DNA of 64,000 nucleotides from Gemmatimonadota bacterium (lineage in GTDB: Bacteria; Gemmatimonadota; Gemmatimonadetes; Palauibacterales; Palauibacteraceae). The stretch is from positions 1,664,846-1,728,845 of the forward strand of contig CP070670.1 in assembly GCA_020351855.1 (NCBI GenBank), read 5' to 3'. The notes under the pieces are model-generated. The model saw only the letters and a program-made list of their open reading frames with translations. It was not told the DNA's origin and ran no database searches. The stretch's first letter is position 1. The number at the start of each line of letters is the position of its first letter. A program made the translations under genes and the position numbers. This document shows, one piece after another, positions 41,244 to 50,237 of this stretch.

Positions 41244-41621
41244 TCAGCCGTCCTCTCCGAAGAACGCGTTGCGGATATGCTGGACCGCCGGATCCCGCCC
41301 GTCCTCGAACTGAACGCCTACGGCGTCAAAACGGAATTCCTTGCCCGCACCCGGATGCTGCCGGATCCATGCGGCGGCGGCCCGCCGGACCTCCCTGCGC
41401 TTCACTCGATCGATCGCCTCGAGCGGATCCTGCGGACCGGCGCGCCGAGCCTTCACCTCCACGAACGCCACGACGTCGCCCTCCTGCGCGACGACGTCCA
41501 GCTCGCGCCGTCCGGACCGCCAGTTCCGATCCAGGATCCTCAGGCCGAGCGCCCTGAGGTACTGGACCGCGATCTCTTCACCACGCTCCGCCAAGCGTCT
41601 CGCCTGCTGCGAGAGCCCTAC
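41244..41621 (-). CDS. yraN: YraN-family (UPF0102) putative endonuclease
   Basis: YraN core GEEIAVQYLRALGLRILDRNWRSGRRELDVVAQEGDVVAFVEVKAR. The likely start is a GTG near 41621, since the ORF upstream of that overlaps the aroF 3' end. Confidence 0.75.
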   Translation of the reverse strand, partial: VGLSQQARRLAERGEEIAVQYLRALGLRILDRNWRSGRRELDVVAQEGDVVAFVEVKARRAGPQDPLEAIDRVKRREVRRAAAAWIRQHPGAGKEFRFDAVGVQFEDGRDPAVQHIRNAFFGEDG

Positions 41622-41646
41622 CCTCCCGCCGGACAACGGAGCCGGC

Positions 41647-42699
41647 TCAGGCTCCTGCAACAGCGGCGGCCAGCGCCGGCTCCGCCAGGTCGCGGCCGAT
41701 CGCGCGCGCAATCAGCCTGAGCTGCGACATCAGCGTGTCGAACTGCTCCGGCGTCAGCGACTGCGCTCCGTCCGACACGGCCTCGGCCGGATTCGGGTGG
41801 ACCTCCACCATCACGCCGTCGGCACCGGCCGCGACCGCGGCCCGAGCGAGCGGCGGTACCTTGCCTCGACTTCCCGTACCGTGGCTCGGATCCGCGATGA
41901 TCGGCAGGTGCGAGAGCTCCTTGATCGTCGGGATAGCCGTCAGGTCGAGGAGATTCCGGGCATGCGGGTCGAAGGAACGGATGCCCCGCTCGCAGAGGAT
42001 GACACGGCCCTCACCCTCGAGCAGGACGTACTCCGCGGCAAGCAGCAACTCTTCGACCGAGGCACCCATGCCCCGCTTCAGCAGCACCGGCCGGTCCGCA
42101 CGCCCTGCCGCCCTCAGCAGCGGGTAGTTCTGCATGTTACGGGCGCCGATCTGGAGGATGTCGACGTGCTCCGCCACGGCCTGGACGCTATCGGCATCCA
42201 GCACCTCGGTCACGACGGCCAGCCCCGATTCCCGGCCCGCGACCGCCAGCATGCGAAGTCCCTCCTCTCCGAGGCCCTGGAACGAGTACGGAGAGGACCT
42301 CGGCTTGAAGGCTCCGCCGCGCAGCACGGTCGCTCCGGCCGCGCGGACGCGCCGCGCCGTATCGACGATCTGTTCCTCCGACTCCACGGCGCACGGCCCG
42401 GCGATGACGACGACCTCACGGGCACCGAGCCGAACCCCATTCGGAAGGCGAATGACCGTGCTGTCGGGATGCCAGTCGCGACTGGCTTTCCGGTACGGCG
42501 GCGAGATATGGATCACGCGGAAGACGCCGGGCAGGGCATACAGGCGGCCGGGATCCACCCGACCGTCGTTGCCAATGAGAGCGATGGCGGTGCGCCTCCG
42601 GCCCGGGATCGGCTCGGCTTCGTACCCCATCGCTTCCACGGCGCGCACGACGGCGGCGACATTCTCCTCGCTCGCACCGTGCTTCATCACGATCAACAT
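41647..42699 (-). CDS. aroF: 3-deoxy-7-phosphoheptulonate (DAHP) synthase, class I-beta, with N-terminal ferredoxin-like regulatory domain
   Basis: DAHP synthetase I/KDSA TIM barrel (VIAGPCAVESEEQ...GAFKPRSSPYSFQGLG...KRGMGAS...ADPSHG), with an N-terminal ~70-aa regulatory domain as in Thermotoga-type enzymes. Confidence 0.85.
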   Translation of the reverse strand: MLIVMKHGASEENVAAVVRAVEAMGYEAEPIPGRRRTAIALIGNDGRVDPGRLYALPGVFRVIHISPPYRKASRDWHPDSTVIRLPNGVRLGAREVVVIAGPCAVESEEQIVDTARRVRAAGATVLRGGAFKPRSSPYSFQGLGEEGLRMLAVAGRESGLAVVTEVLDADSVQAVAEHVDILQIGARNMQNYPLLRAAGRADRPVLLKRGMGASVEELLLAAEYVLLEGEGRVILCERGIRSFDPHARNLLDLTAIPTIKELSHLPIIADPSHGTGSRGKVPPLARAAVAAGADGVMVEVHPNPAEAVSDGAQSLTPEQFDTLMSQLRLIARAIGRDLAEPALAAAVAGA

Positions 42700-42814
42700 C
42701 GCTTAGGACTCCGTCTGGGTGCCGGCGACCGGAGGCAAACTCGGGCTCGGGCCCGGACAACTTCTAGCGACAGAGCGGCGAGCACAAATCTCGCCCCTCG
42801 CGCTCACAAACGAA

Positions 42815-43594
42815 TCAAGGCTCGCTGCTCCACCCATCGCCATCCGCCACGACCCGGACCTCGCCGCCATACCCTGCCGCAGCCAGCAAACCGGCGACAT
42901 CGTGGTCCATGCGGAAGCGCGGATACACATGCGTAACCCACAGGAGGTCCGGTCGTGCCATGCCAGCCAGTGCAGCCAGTCGGCGGGGCGACAGATGGTT
43001 GGCCCCGACATCCGCATCCGCCAGGGAACATTCGGCGATCAACACATCGACTCCGGCGAGGAAGGCTCCCAGCGTCCGCGTCTCTCCCTCAGGAAGCCCC
43101 GTGTCTCCGGTGTAGGCGATCGCCGTCCGCCCCCCGGTGATGCGCACCGCGTGGCTCTCCTCGGTATGAGCCGTCGGATGGACCGACAGCTCGAGGTCGC
43201 CCCCGAGCTCGAAGGACGCCCGTCCGTACTCCTGGATGTGGACGGCGAATCCCGGATCCACAACGAAGTCGCCGACGGCAGCGGCGAGCCTCGAGAACAG
43301 CCGGCGCGTGCCGGGCGGGCCCCATACCGTCAACGGGCGCTCTCGTGGCGCATCCAGGCCGTGCTTCAGGCTGAAGAAGAGGCCGGGTACCGCACCGATG
43401 TGATCGACATGGAAATGCGTGAGGATCAGGTCGGTGACATCCCGCCACGGAAGGCCCAGACGGGCGACGCCCTGGACGGCCCCGGGACCACAGTCCACGA
43501 GGACCTTCGAACCCCGCTCCTCCAGATAGAAGCAGGAGCCCCCACGGTCCCCCTCGGGGATCACCGTACCGGTCCCAACGGCCACCAGGCGCAT
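42815..43594 (-). CDS. MBL-fold metallo-hydrolase (RNase Z/ElaC-like)
   Basis: Metallo-beta-lactamase motif ILTHFHVDHIGAVPGL, with further His/Asp ligands downstream. Confidence 0.8.
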   Translation of the reverse strand: MRLVAVGTGTVIPEGDRGGSCFYLEERGSKVLVDCGPGAVQGVARLGLPWRDVTDLILTHFHVDHIGAVPGLFFSLKHGLDAPRERPLTVWGPPGTRRLFSRLAAAVGDFVVDPGFAVHIQEYGRASFELGGDLELSVHPTAHTEESHAVRITGGRTAIAYTGDTGLPEGETRTLGAFLAGVDVLIAECSLADADVGANHLSPRRLAALAGMARPDLLWVTHVYPRFRMDHDVAGLLAAAGYGGEVRVVADGDGWSSEP

Positions 43595-43629
43595 CCGCTA
43601 GCTCACCCGCACGTCGTCGGTCCCATCGC

Positions 43630-46600
43630 TCAGGCAACCTGACCGCTGGGCAGATCGCCGAACTCCACGCCCACGATGGAGGAGACGCCGGGCTCCTGCA
43701 TGGTCACGCCGTAGATCCAGTCGGCCGCCTCGATGGTCCGGGGGTTGTGGGTGATCACGACGAATTGCGTGTCGTTCTTGAACTCCTCCAGCATGCGAAC
43801 GAACCGACCGATGTTCGCCTCGTCCAGCGGCGCATCGACCTCGTCCATCACACAGAACGGGCTGGGCTTCGCCAGGTAGATCGCGAAGAGCAGCGACAGC
43901 GCCGTCAACGCTCTCTCCCCTCCGGAGAGCAGGTGGATCCGCTGCGTGCGCTTGCCTCCGGGACTGGCCGAGATCTCGATCGGCGAATCGAGCGGGTCCT
44001 CGCTGTCCAGCCACAGATCACACTCACCGCCCTCGAACAGCGTGCCGAAGGTGCGTTGGAAGTTCTCGCGAATCTGGTCGAACGTGGCGAGGAACGACTC
44101 GGCAGCCGCCCGGTTAATCCGTCGGATCGACGTCTGGAGATCATCACGGGCTTTCGTCAGGTCCTCCCTCTGCGCCTCCAGGAAGGCGAGCCGCTCGCTC
44201 TCTTCCTCATACTCCCGCGCAGCCAGGGGATTGACCGGGCCCAGCTTCCGAATGCGGGCCCGCAGCTCCTCCAAGTCGCGCGCCCACTCGTCAAGCGTGC
44301 CCTCGGACGGCCTCTCGACCCCCTCGGCCAGGCTCTCAAAGTCCTTCGCCCACTCCGCCTCGAGCCGCTCCCGAATGCTGGATCGGCGCGCCCTCTGCTC
44401 CGCGAGATCGAGTTCCAGCGCGTGGCGCGTCTCGGCATGCTCCCGCTCGGCCCTTCGCGCTTCCCTGACCCGTGCCTCCTCCTCGTCGACCTCCGCACGC
44501 AGCTGCCCCAGACCCTGGTCGGCCCGCACGAGAAGCGGTTCGTTCCCGGAGCGCTCCACGAGGAGCGCTGCCATGCCCTCTTCACGCTCCGCCGCGCTCC
44601 GAAGAAGCGCCGCGGCAAGCCCATTCCTCTCCTCACGCTCTGCTTCCAGCCGCTTCCGTAGCGCACCGACCTCATCCCGCCGCACCTCCACCTGCCGGAG
44701 ACGCTCCAGCTTGGCCGCGGCTTCGGATTCCAGCCTCGCGAGGTCGAGCTGCAGCTCGTGCAGCTCCGTGCGGCCGGCCTCCCAGTCCGTGGTCGCCCGC
44801 CGGGCTCGCTCTTGCGCCTCTCCAGCGGCCGCCTCTGCTGCAGCCTCCTCTTCCCGCAGGCCGCTGAGCGCGCCCTCGCGGTCCCCCTGATCCCCGTCGT
44901 AGCCATCGACGGCCCCGGCCAGCTCGCCGATCCGGCCCGTCACCGCCCTCTCCTCGGAAAGCAGGCTGTCGACGCGGGCAGCCGCCGCTTCCCTCCGAAC
45001 GTCAGCTTCCTGGAGGGCTGCCCGGGCAATGTCCAGTTCGCCCGACGCGGACTCGACCTCACCCTCCCGCTCGGCCAGCCCGTCGTTCGCGGACGCGAGC
45101 TCGGACCGAAGCTGGGCCAGCTCCTGCTCTGCCTCGCCGACCTGACCCTCGAGCGTGTCGATCTCCGCACGCAGCTCGAGAGAGCCGCCGGCCCCGGGCC
45201 TGCCGACCCGCACCGCACCGAGGCGGTCCTGCCCACTGCCGTCGCGCAGCACCCATGCCCGGTCGGCGGGAGCGAAGCTCTCGGCAGCCCGCACCGTACC
45301 GAGAAGCGCAGCCGCCCAGTCGCCGGCCGGATCCCGAACCGCGATCTCGTTCAGCACGCTGCCCTCGTGCACCGCCTCCGTAGCGGGCTGCGGGCTGAGG
45401 GGCAGCAGGAGGAGGCCGCCCTCGTCCTCGCTCTGCTCGAGCCAGCGCTGCACGGCGGCGACAACCTTCCAATCCTTCACGAGGAGGGCGTGCAGATAGG
45501 GCCCGAGGTGAGCCTCGACGGCCGTCGACAGGTGGGCAGGGACATCCAGGTAATCAACGAGCGGACCGAGCACCCCCTTGACCCCCTCGGACCCCCGGCC
45601 CGCACCCAACAAACGCCGCACCGTCGCCGGCTGGCCGCCGCCGGACGCCAGCAACGCGCGGAGGCTCGAGAGACGAGCCTTTATCCCGGAAAGACTGCCC
45701 TCGGCCTCGGCGACGCGATCCCTGACGCCGCGCCAACGAGCCCGCACTTCGGCTAACTCGCCCCGCACCCGGGTTAGCTCCGCCTCGAGCCCGGCGTACC
45801 GCTCCGCCGCCCGCTGCGCCTCGGCCCTGGCGTCTTCCAGCTCCTCCTCGGCCGCGCCTCTGCTCTCCTCGATTCCAAGCAGCAGCTCCCGGCGCCGCTC
45901 GAGCTCCCTGATACGCTCTTCGTGCCTCTGCTCCTCGACAGCCCGGTCCGCAGACAGCTCTGCGATCTGCCGGCTCGCCTCGCGGTGGCGGTTTAGCGCC
46001 TCCTCCACAGCCGTGACAGCCCGCTTCTTGTCGCCCTCGAGCCGCTCCACCTCCGCCACGAGGCCGGCCTCCAGCTCGCCCGTCTCCTCGAGGCGGCTCC
46101 GGGAGGCCTCGCTCTCCGCCTTCAGCCGCTCGAGCTCCGAGCTCAGCGATGCGCTCCGTCCAGCCACCTCGGCGAGCTCCTCCTCGATGGCCTCGAGGCG
46201 GGCGTCGTTCGTGGACGCCCGTTCGGCCTCGACCAGGCCCTCCGACTCCATTCGGTTCAGGCGCTCGCGAACCCGAGCCAGCTGCTCCGCGAGCGCGCTC
46301 CTGTTCCTGCCGTCCTCGGTGAGCCTGAGACGCAGGGTTTCCAGCTCTGCCTCTCGCGCGTGCAGACCGGCCTCCTCGCCTGGGGCCGCTTTGCGGAGGC
46401 CCTCGAGCTCGCCCGTCGCGGCGCCGATCCGGGATTCGATGTCGGCCAGCCGCTCGGCGGCCACTGCGATCTCGAGCTGCAGCAAACGCTCCCTGTACCG
46501 GACATACCGATCCGCTCGCCCGCGCTGGCGGGCGAGCGAGCGCACCTTCGCCTGCACCTCTCCGATCAGGTCATCCAGTCGCTGCAGATCGGCCGTCGCC

Positions 46601-47148
46601 GCCTCGAGCCGGCGGAGCGCCGTCCGGCGACGGTCCTTGTAGCGGCCAATCTCAGCGGCTTCCTCGAAGAGGGCCCTGCGCTCCTCGGCTCGATCGCTGA
46701 GAATCGCATCGATCATCCGCGCTTCAATGATCGAGTAGGCGTTGGCCCCCAGTCCCGTGTCCCGACAGAGATCCAGGATGTCCCGCAGCCGGCAGGAGGC
46801 GCCGTTCAAGCTGTAGTCACTCTCCCCGCCGCGGTACACGGTCCGGCCGATCGCCACCTCCGAGTACGGCACGGCCAGCTTGCCGTCCTCGTTTGACAGG
46901 ATCAGGGAGACCTCCGCCCGATGGATGGCCTTCCGTTGCTCCGTACCGCCGAAGATCGCCTCGTCCATGCGGCTTCCACGGATGACGGTCGGACGCTGCT
47001 CGCCGAGCACCCAGCGAATCGCGTCGGAGATGTTCGACTTCCCGCATCCGTTGGGTCCGACGACCGCCGTGATGCCCTCGTGAAAATCGAGGGCGGTGCG
47101 GTCGGCAAAGGACTTGAAGCCGTGGAGGGTGAGGGACTTGATCTTCAA
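43630..47148 (-). CDS. smc: chromosome segregation protein SMC
   Basis: N-terminal Walker A VVGPNGCGKSNISDAIRWVLGEQ, long coiled coils, a hinge, and C-terminal LSGGERALTALSLLFAI with Walker B FCVMDEVDAPLD. Confidence 0.95.
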   Translation of the reverse strand: MKIKSLTLHGFKSFADRTALDFHEGITAVVGPNGCGKSNISDAIRWVLGEQRPTVIRGSRMDEAIFGGTEQRKAIHRAEVSLILSNEDGKLAVPYSEVAIGRTVYRGGESDYSLNGASCRLRDILDLCRDTGLGANAYSIIEARMIDAILSDRAEERRALFEEAAEIGRYKDRRRTALRRLEAATADLQRLDDLIGEVQAKVRSLARQRGRADRYVRYRERLLQLEIAVAAERLADIESRIGAATGELEGLRKAAPGEEAGLHAREAELETLRLRLTEDGRNRSALAEQLARVRERLNRMESEGLVEAERASTNDARLEAIEEELAEVAGRSASLSSELERLKAESEASRSRLEETGELEAGLVAEVERLEGDKKRAVTAVEEALNRHREASRQIAELSADRAVEEQRHEERIRELERRRELLLGIEESRGAAEEELEDARAEAQRAAERYAGLEAELTRVRGELAEVRARWRGVRDRVAEAEGSLSGIKARLSSLRALLASGGGQPATVRRLLGAGRGSEGVKGVLGPLVDYLDVPAHLSTAVEAHLGPYLHALLVKDWKVVAAVQRWLEQSEDEGGLLLLPLSPQPATEAVHEGSVLNEIAVRDPAGDWAAALLGTVRAAESFAPADRAWVLRDGSGQDRLGAVRVGRPGAGGSLELRAEIDTLEGQVGEAEQELAQLRSELASANDGLAEREGEVESASGELDIARAALQEADVRREAAAARVDSLLSEERAVTGRIGELAGAVDGYDGDQGDREGALSGLREEEAAAEAAAGEAQERARRATTDWEAGRTELHELQLDLARLESEAAAKLERLRQVEVRRDEVGALRKRLEAEREERNGLAAALLRSAAEREEGMAALLVERSGNEPLLVRADQGLGQLRAEVDEEEARVREARRAEREHAETRHALELDLAEQRARRSSIRERLEAEWAKDFESLAEGVERPSEGTLDEWARDLEELRARIRKLGPVNPLAAREYEEESERLAFLEAQREDLTKARDDLQTSIRRINRAAAESFLATFDQIRENFQRTFGTLFEGGECDLWLDSEDPLDSPIEISASPGGKRTQRIHLLSGGERALTALSLLFAIYLAKPSPFCVMDEVDAPLDEANIGRFVRMLEEFKNDTQFVVITHNPRTIEAADWIYGVTMQEPGVSSIVGVEFGDLPSGQVA

Positions 47149-48593
47149 CGTGGCTCTCCTCGTCTCGTCACAAGTTCAGCGTCCACGCCAGCAGCTCGCA
47201 GAAGGTCGCGCATCGCCGAGGCGGCAGCGGCTTTCTCGTATGCGCCGGCGTAAACCTGATATACCGTATCACCCTCCGCCACCAGCGGGATCGTGTAGGT
47301 CGGGATTCGCCTGCCCGTCAAAGCCTCGCTGGCCGCCCGCGCCGCCGTCCGGTCCGCGTGCACGGAGACCAGATACGCCAGGGCGGCCGGACGCACGTCC
47401 CAGTCGCTGGCCGCCTCTTTTAGTCCGCGCCGCGTGAGCTCGCCCATGAGCTCGAACGCCCGATCGCGCGTCGGCAGCGCACCCGCGTAGATCCGTTGGT
47501 AGACCGTCCCGCGGACCGGCGTCGGGGCAACGAACACGACCAGGGATCCATCCGCCAGCCGCCTTGCTTGCGCCATGGCATCGGAGAGGGAGGCGTAGCT
47601 CGCCAAGAGAACGGAGTACCCCAGCGCCGGGCCCCCCGTGCGGTCCGCCACGGCCGTCGCCGCCCCCACTTGACCCGGCCCCGGCGCAGCGCGCGGAGCC
47701 GGCCGACCGGCCTCGGTCCGCCCCCCGGTGGGTAGGGCCTCTGCCGCCCTTCCCTCGGTCCCGCTGCGCTCCGGGTCCGTGGGAAGCTCCGTCGCCACTC
47801 CCGGCATCGGCTCGGCCTCCAGGGACGCCCGCGCAGCCACGTACCGGGCGAGAAGCCACCACCCTCCCAGCAGGCCGACGAGCGCGGCCCCGGCAAGCCC
47901 GATGCGGGAGAGCGGCAGGCGCTGCTTGATGCGATGGCGACGCCAGCGCGAAAGCGCCGGGGAATCCGCAGCCGGGAGGTCCGACGCCGGGGAATCCGCA
48001 GCCGGGAGATCCGACGCCGGGGAATCCGCAGCCGGGAGATCCGACGCCACGGACGGCCGCGTGGCGGGCTCGCCCATCTCGGCCTCCCGGACCGCCCCCG
48101 TCCCGTCGGCACGCACCTCGCGGTCCGGGGACGGTGGAGAGGCCCCGAGCTCCAGCACCGCGTCGAACCACTCGGCCGGCAAGCCCGCAAGGTCGCGCGG
48201 GACGACGAGCAGCAGCGTGCCGCTGGCGGCGCGCACCCGCTCGATGAGGGCCCGGATACCGGGCGACGGCGGGATCGCGCCGGATCCCCCTGCCGGAAGG
48301 TACAGAAACGGCCTGCCGCTCGGACGCCGCACCGCCTCGGTGAGCCCCACCCGACCTGCAAGCACCTCGCAGAGCCCTGGAGCGCCCACGGCGCCCAGGC
48401 TCTCATCGAGCCGACGTCCCGCGGAGCCCACACCCGTCACCAAGGTGCGGCCGCGACCTGCGGCCAGCTCGGTCGCTAGAGCGCTCACGACGTCTGAAAG
48501 CCCGGCGCCATCAACGGCCTGCACGGCCACAACTCGCGCCTCGGCGGCCAGCGCCAGAAGCACGCCCGATCGGGCCGAATGCTCGGTACTCAC
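47145..48593 (-). CDS. membrane protein with degenerate MinD/ParA-like (pseudo-ATPase) N-terminal domain, internal decapeptide repeat, TM segment and two C-terminal SPOR domains
   Basis: The N-terminus aligns in pattern to the MinD/ParA P-loop fold, but Walker A KGGxGKT is replaced by DGAGLSD and Walker A' D-x-D by GVG. The LYLPAGG region is retained. Three copies of SDLPAADSPA follow, then a TM helix (IGLAGAALVGLLGGWWLLA) and two SPOR-like domains (YSVLLASYASLSDAMAQARRL...; YLVSVHADRTAARAA...YQVYAGAY). The stop overlaps the smc start (ATGA). Confidence 0.7.
   Translation of the reverse strand: MSTEHSARSGVLLALAAEARVVAVQAVDGAGLSDVVSALATELAAGRGRTLVTGVGSAGRRLDESLGAVGAPGLCEVLAGRVGLTEAVRRPSGRPFLYLPAGGSGAIPPSPGIRALIERVRAASGTLLLVVPRDLAGLPAEWFDAVLELGASPPSPDREVRADGTGAVREAEMGEPATRPSVASDLPAADSPASDLPAADSPASDLPAADSPALSRWRRHRIKQRLPLSRIGLAGAALVGLLGGWWLLARYVAARASLEAEPMPGVATELPTDPERSGTEGRAAEALPTGGRTEAGRPAPRAAPGPGQVGAATAVADRTGGPALGYSVLLASYASLSDAMAQARRLADGSLVVFVAPTPVRGTVYQRIYAGALPTRDRAFELMGELTRRGLKEAASDWDVRPAALAYLVSVHADRTAARAASEALTGRRIPTYTIPLVAEGDTVYQVYAGAYEKAAAASAMRDLLRAAGVDAELVTRRGEPR
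47948..48037. repeat. perfect 3 x 30-bp tandem repeat inside the SPOR-protein CDS
   Basis: The unit ccggggaatccgcagccgggagRtccgacg occurs three times head to tail and encodes SDLPAADSPA x3 on the minus strand. Confidence 0.85.
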
Positions 48594-48617
48594 ACCATCA
48601 ACCTAAGGCGAGCGAGG

Positions 48618-50237
48618 TTAGAATTCTCCCTCCATCCCCGCCGTCAGCTCGATCACCCAGGCGTCCAGACCACGCTCTCGTCGCAGCTGCCGAGCCGCGG
48701 CGTCGGCCCTCTCCCGGGCCGGGTACGGCCCGACGAGCGCCCGATACCACAGCTCGCCGGCGTCGTCCCGGCGTCGCTGGACCGCCGTCGGATATCCGCT
48801 ACGCGCCAGGGTGCCTACGAGCTCGATCACGCCCGACGCAGTGCGAGCGGCCAGAACGACCGCGTAGTACCCGGCGGCGGGCGCGGCCAGCATGGCGGCG
48901 AGCGAGTCCGTGCCGCCACGGCCATCCTCCGCCGGAGTCCTCGCGCTCGCAGCATCCTCGCCCGCCCCACCGGCATCCGGGGGCGCTGCCCGCCCCGGAC
49001 CCTCATCGGTCGCGTCCGCGGTCTCGTAATCCGGTGCGGCTTCCGCCGTGTCAGCCGGCCGCCGTCCTGCGCCGTCGGCTACCCGGACAGCGTCCGGCCT
49101 CCAGCGCACGGGAAGCCACCACGCATCGACGGGTCCATCGACGGACTCCAGCTGGACGGCGGTGCGGGCACCCCGGTCCACCCGCGCGAGGAACAGCGAG
49201 TCCTCCCGCACCCCCAGGATCTCTCCCGTGGGCAGTGCGAGCGGGAGGTCGGCCCGCCATTCGAAGGGCAGGCGAACGGCGGGTGCGCCGCTCAGAGACA
49301 CGAGGAAGACGCCCTCCACGGTCGCCGCCAGCAGCGCCTGGCCGAACACGCCCGGTCGCAGCTCGGAGATCTCCGCGCCGAGCCGAGCCAGCTCCCGCCG
49401 ATTGCCGCTGATCCGGTTCACCGCGTCGATCCGGCCGCCCGAGCGGGCGGCGTAGATCTCGTGGGAGGACCCGGAGAGGGCCAGCGCCGTTACCCCCCGC
49501 CGAAACTCCCAGCGATTCTCGACCTCGAGATCCGGAACGCGGACGACCACGAGCTCTTCGGCAGCGCCCGAGGGGAACACGACACTGCGCGAGAACGCGG
49601 TGAGGAGTCCGGGAGGGCGCACATCCAGTGACGCCTGCGCCACGACGTCCGAACCCTCTCCGAGCACGAGCACGACAGCCTCCCCGTCGCGCCGGCCAAG
49701 CGCCAGGGCCGCGCCATCGGGCAGCGGCCCGGCCCACTCCACCGGCACGGGCGACACATGCGTTCGTGATCCGGCGGCATCCGTTATCGTGATCTCCGTC
49801 TGCTCCCAGAAGGCTACCGCGCCGCGGAACGAGCTCCATCCAGCCTCCGGTGCGACCTCGATCCCGGCGGCCCGCGGCTGCCCCAGGTCCCAGCGATAGG
49901 CGGCGCCCCCGGGGGCCCGGAGCACGAGGGTCTGATCGCCGCTCGCCCGCGCAACTTCCACCGCCGGCAGCGGGCTCTCCCGGCGCCAGAGGCGCAGCGA
50001 CGGATCGACGGCCGCCCGCAACTCGGGCCGGCCTCCCGCCCACCCGAGCACCATCAGGCCAGCCTCAGCCATCCAGTCGCCCACGACGAGGCGCTCCTCA
50101 AGCTCGACGGAATCGCCAGTGCCGCTCCCGGAAGGCCGATCGCACGAGAGAAGCCACAGGGAAGAGGCGCTTGCCAGCAGGATCGGGATCGCCGGCCGGA
50201 GCCGCCCTCGCGACATGGCCGACCCGCGCGGCCTCAC
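48618..50237 (-). CDS. putative lipoprotein with C-terminal SPOR domain
   Basis: Signal peptide and lipobox (ILLASASSLWLLSC), a large beta-rich periplasmic region of unknown fold, an acidic linker, and a C-terminal SPOR domain (YYAVVLAARTASGVIELVGTLARSGYPTAVQRRRDDAGELWYRALVGPYPARERADAAARQLR). It overlaps the rsfS stop by 4 nt if the first ATG is used. Confidence 0.7.
   Translation of the reverse strand: MRPRGSAMSRGRLRPAIPILLASASSLWLLSCDRPSGSGTGDSVELEERLVVGDWMAEAGLMVLGWAGGRPELRAAVDPSLRLWRRESPLPAVEVARASGDQTLVLRAPGGAAYRWDLGQPRAAGIEVAPEAGWSSFRGAVAFWEQTEITITDAAGSRTHVSPVPVEWAGPLPDGAALALGRRDGEAVVLVLGEGSDVVAQASLDVRPPGLLTAFSRSVVFPSGAAEELVVVRVPDLEVENRWEFRRGVTALALSGSSHEIYAARSGGRIDAVNRISGNRRELARLGAEISELRPGVFGQALLAATVEGVFLVSLSGAPAVRLPFEWRADLPLALPTGEILGVREDSLFLARVDRGARTAVQLESVDGPVDAWWLPVRWRPDAVRVADGAGRRPADTAEAAPDYETADATDEGPGRAAPPDAGGAGEDAASARTPAEDGRGGTDSLAAMLAAPAAGYYAVVLAARTASGVIELVGTLARSGYPTAVQRRRDDAGELWYRALVGPYPARERADAAARQLRRERGLDAWVIELTAGMEGEF

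Noticed and set aside
41341-46642. Plus-strand ORFs antisense to aroF, the MBL hydrolase and smc (for example 41341-42936, 43747-44890, 45578-46642)
   Set aside because: They are the mirror frames of Glu/Arg/Ala-rich coiled-coil smc sequence, which yields Ser/Arg/Ala-rich antisense. No independent support.
47269-48433. Alternative-frame ORFs inside the SPOR pseudo-ATPase gene (47269-48171, 47420-48433 minus; 47728-48606 plus)
   Set aside because: The chosen frame is the one giving SPOR domains and a TM helix, and it is translationally coupled to smc. The others are Arg/Gly-rich.
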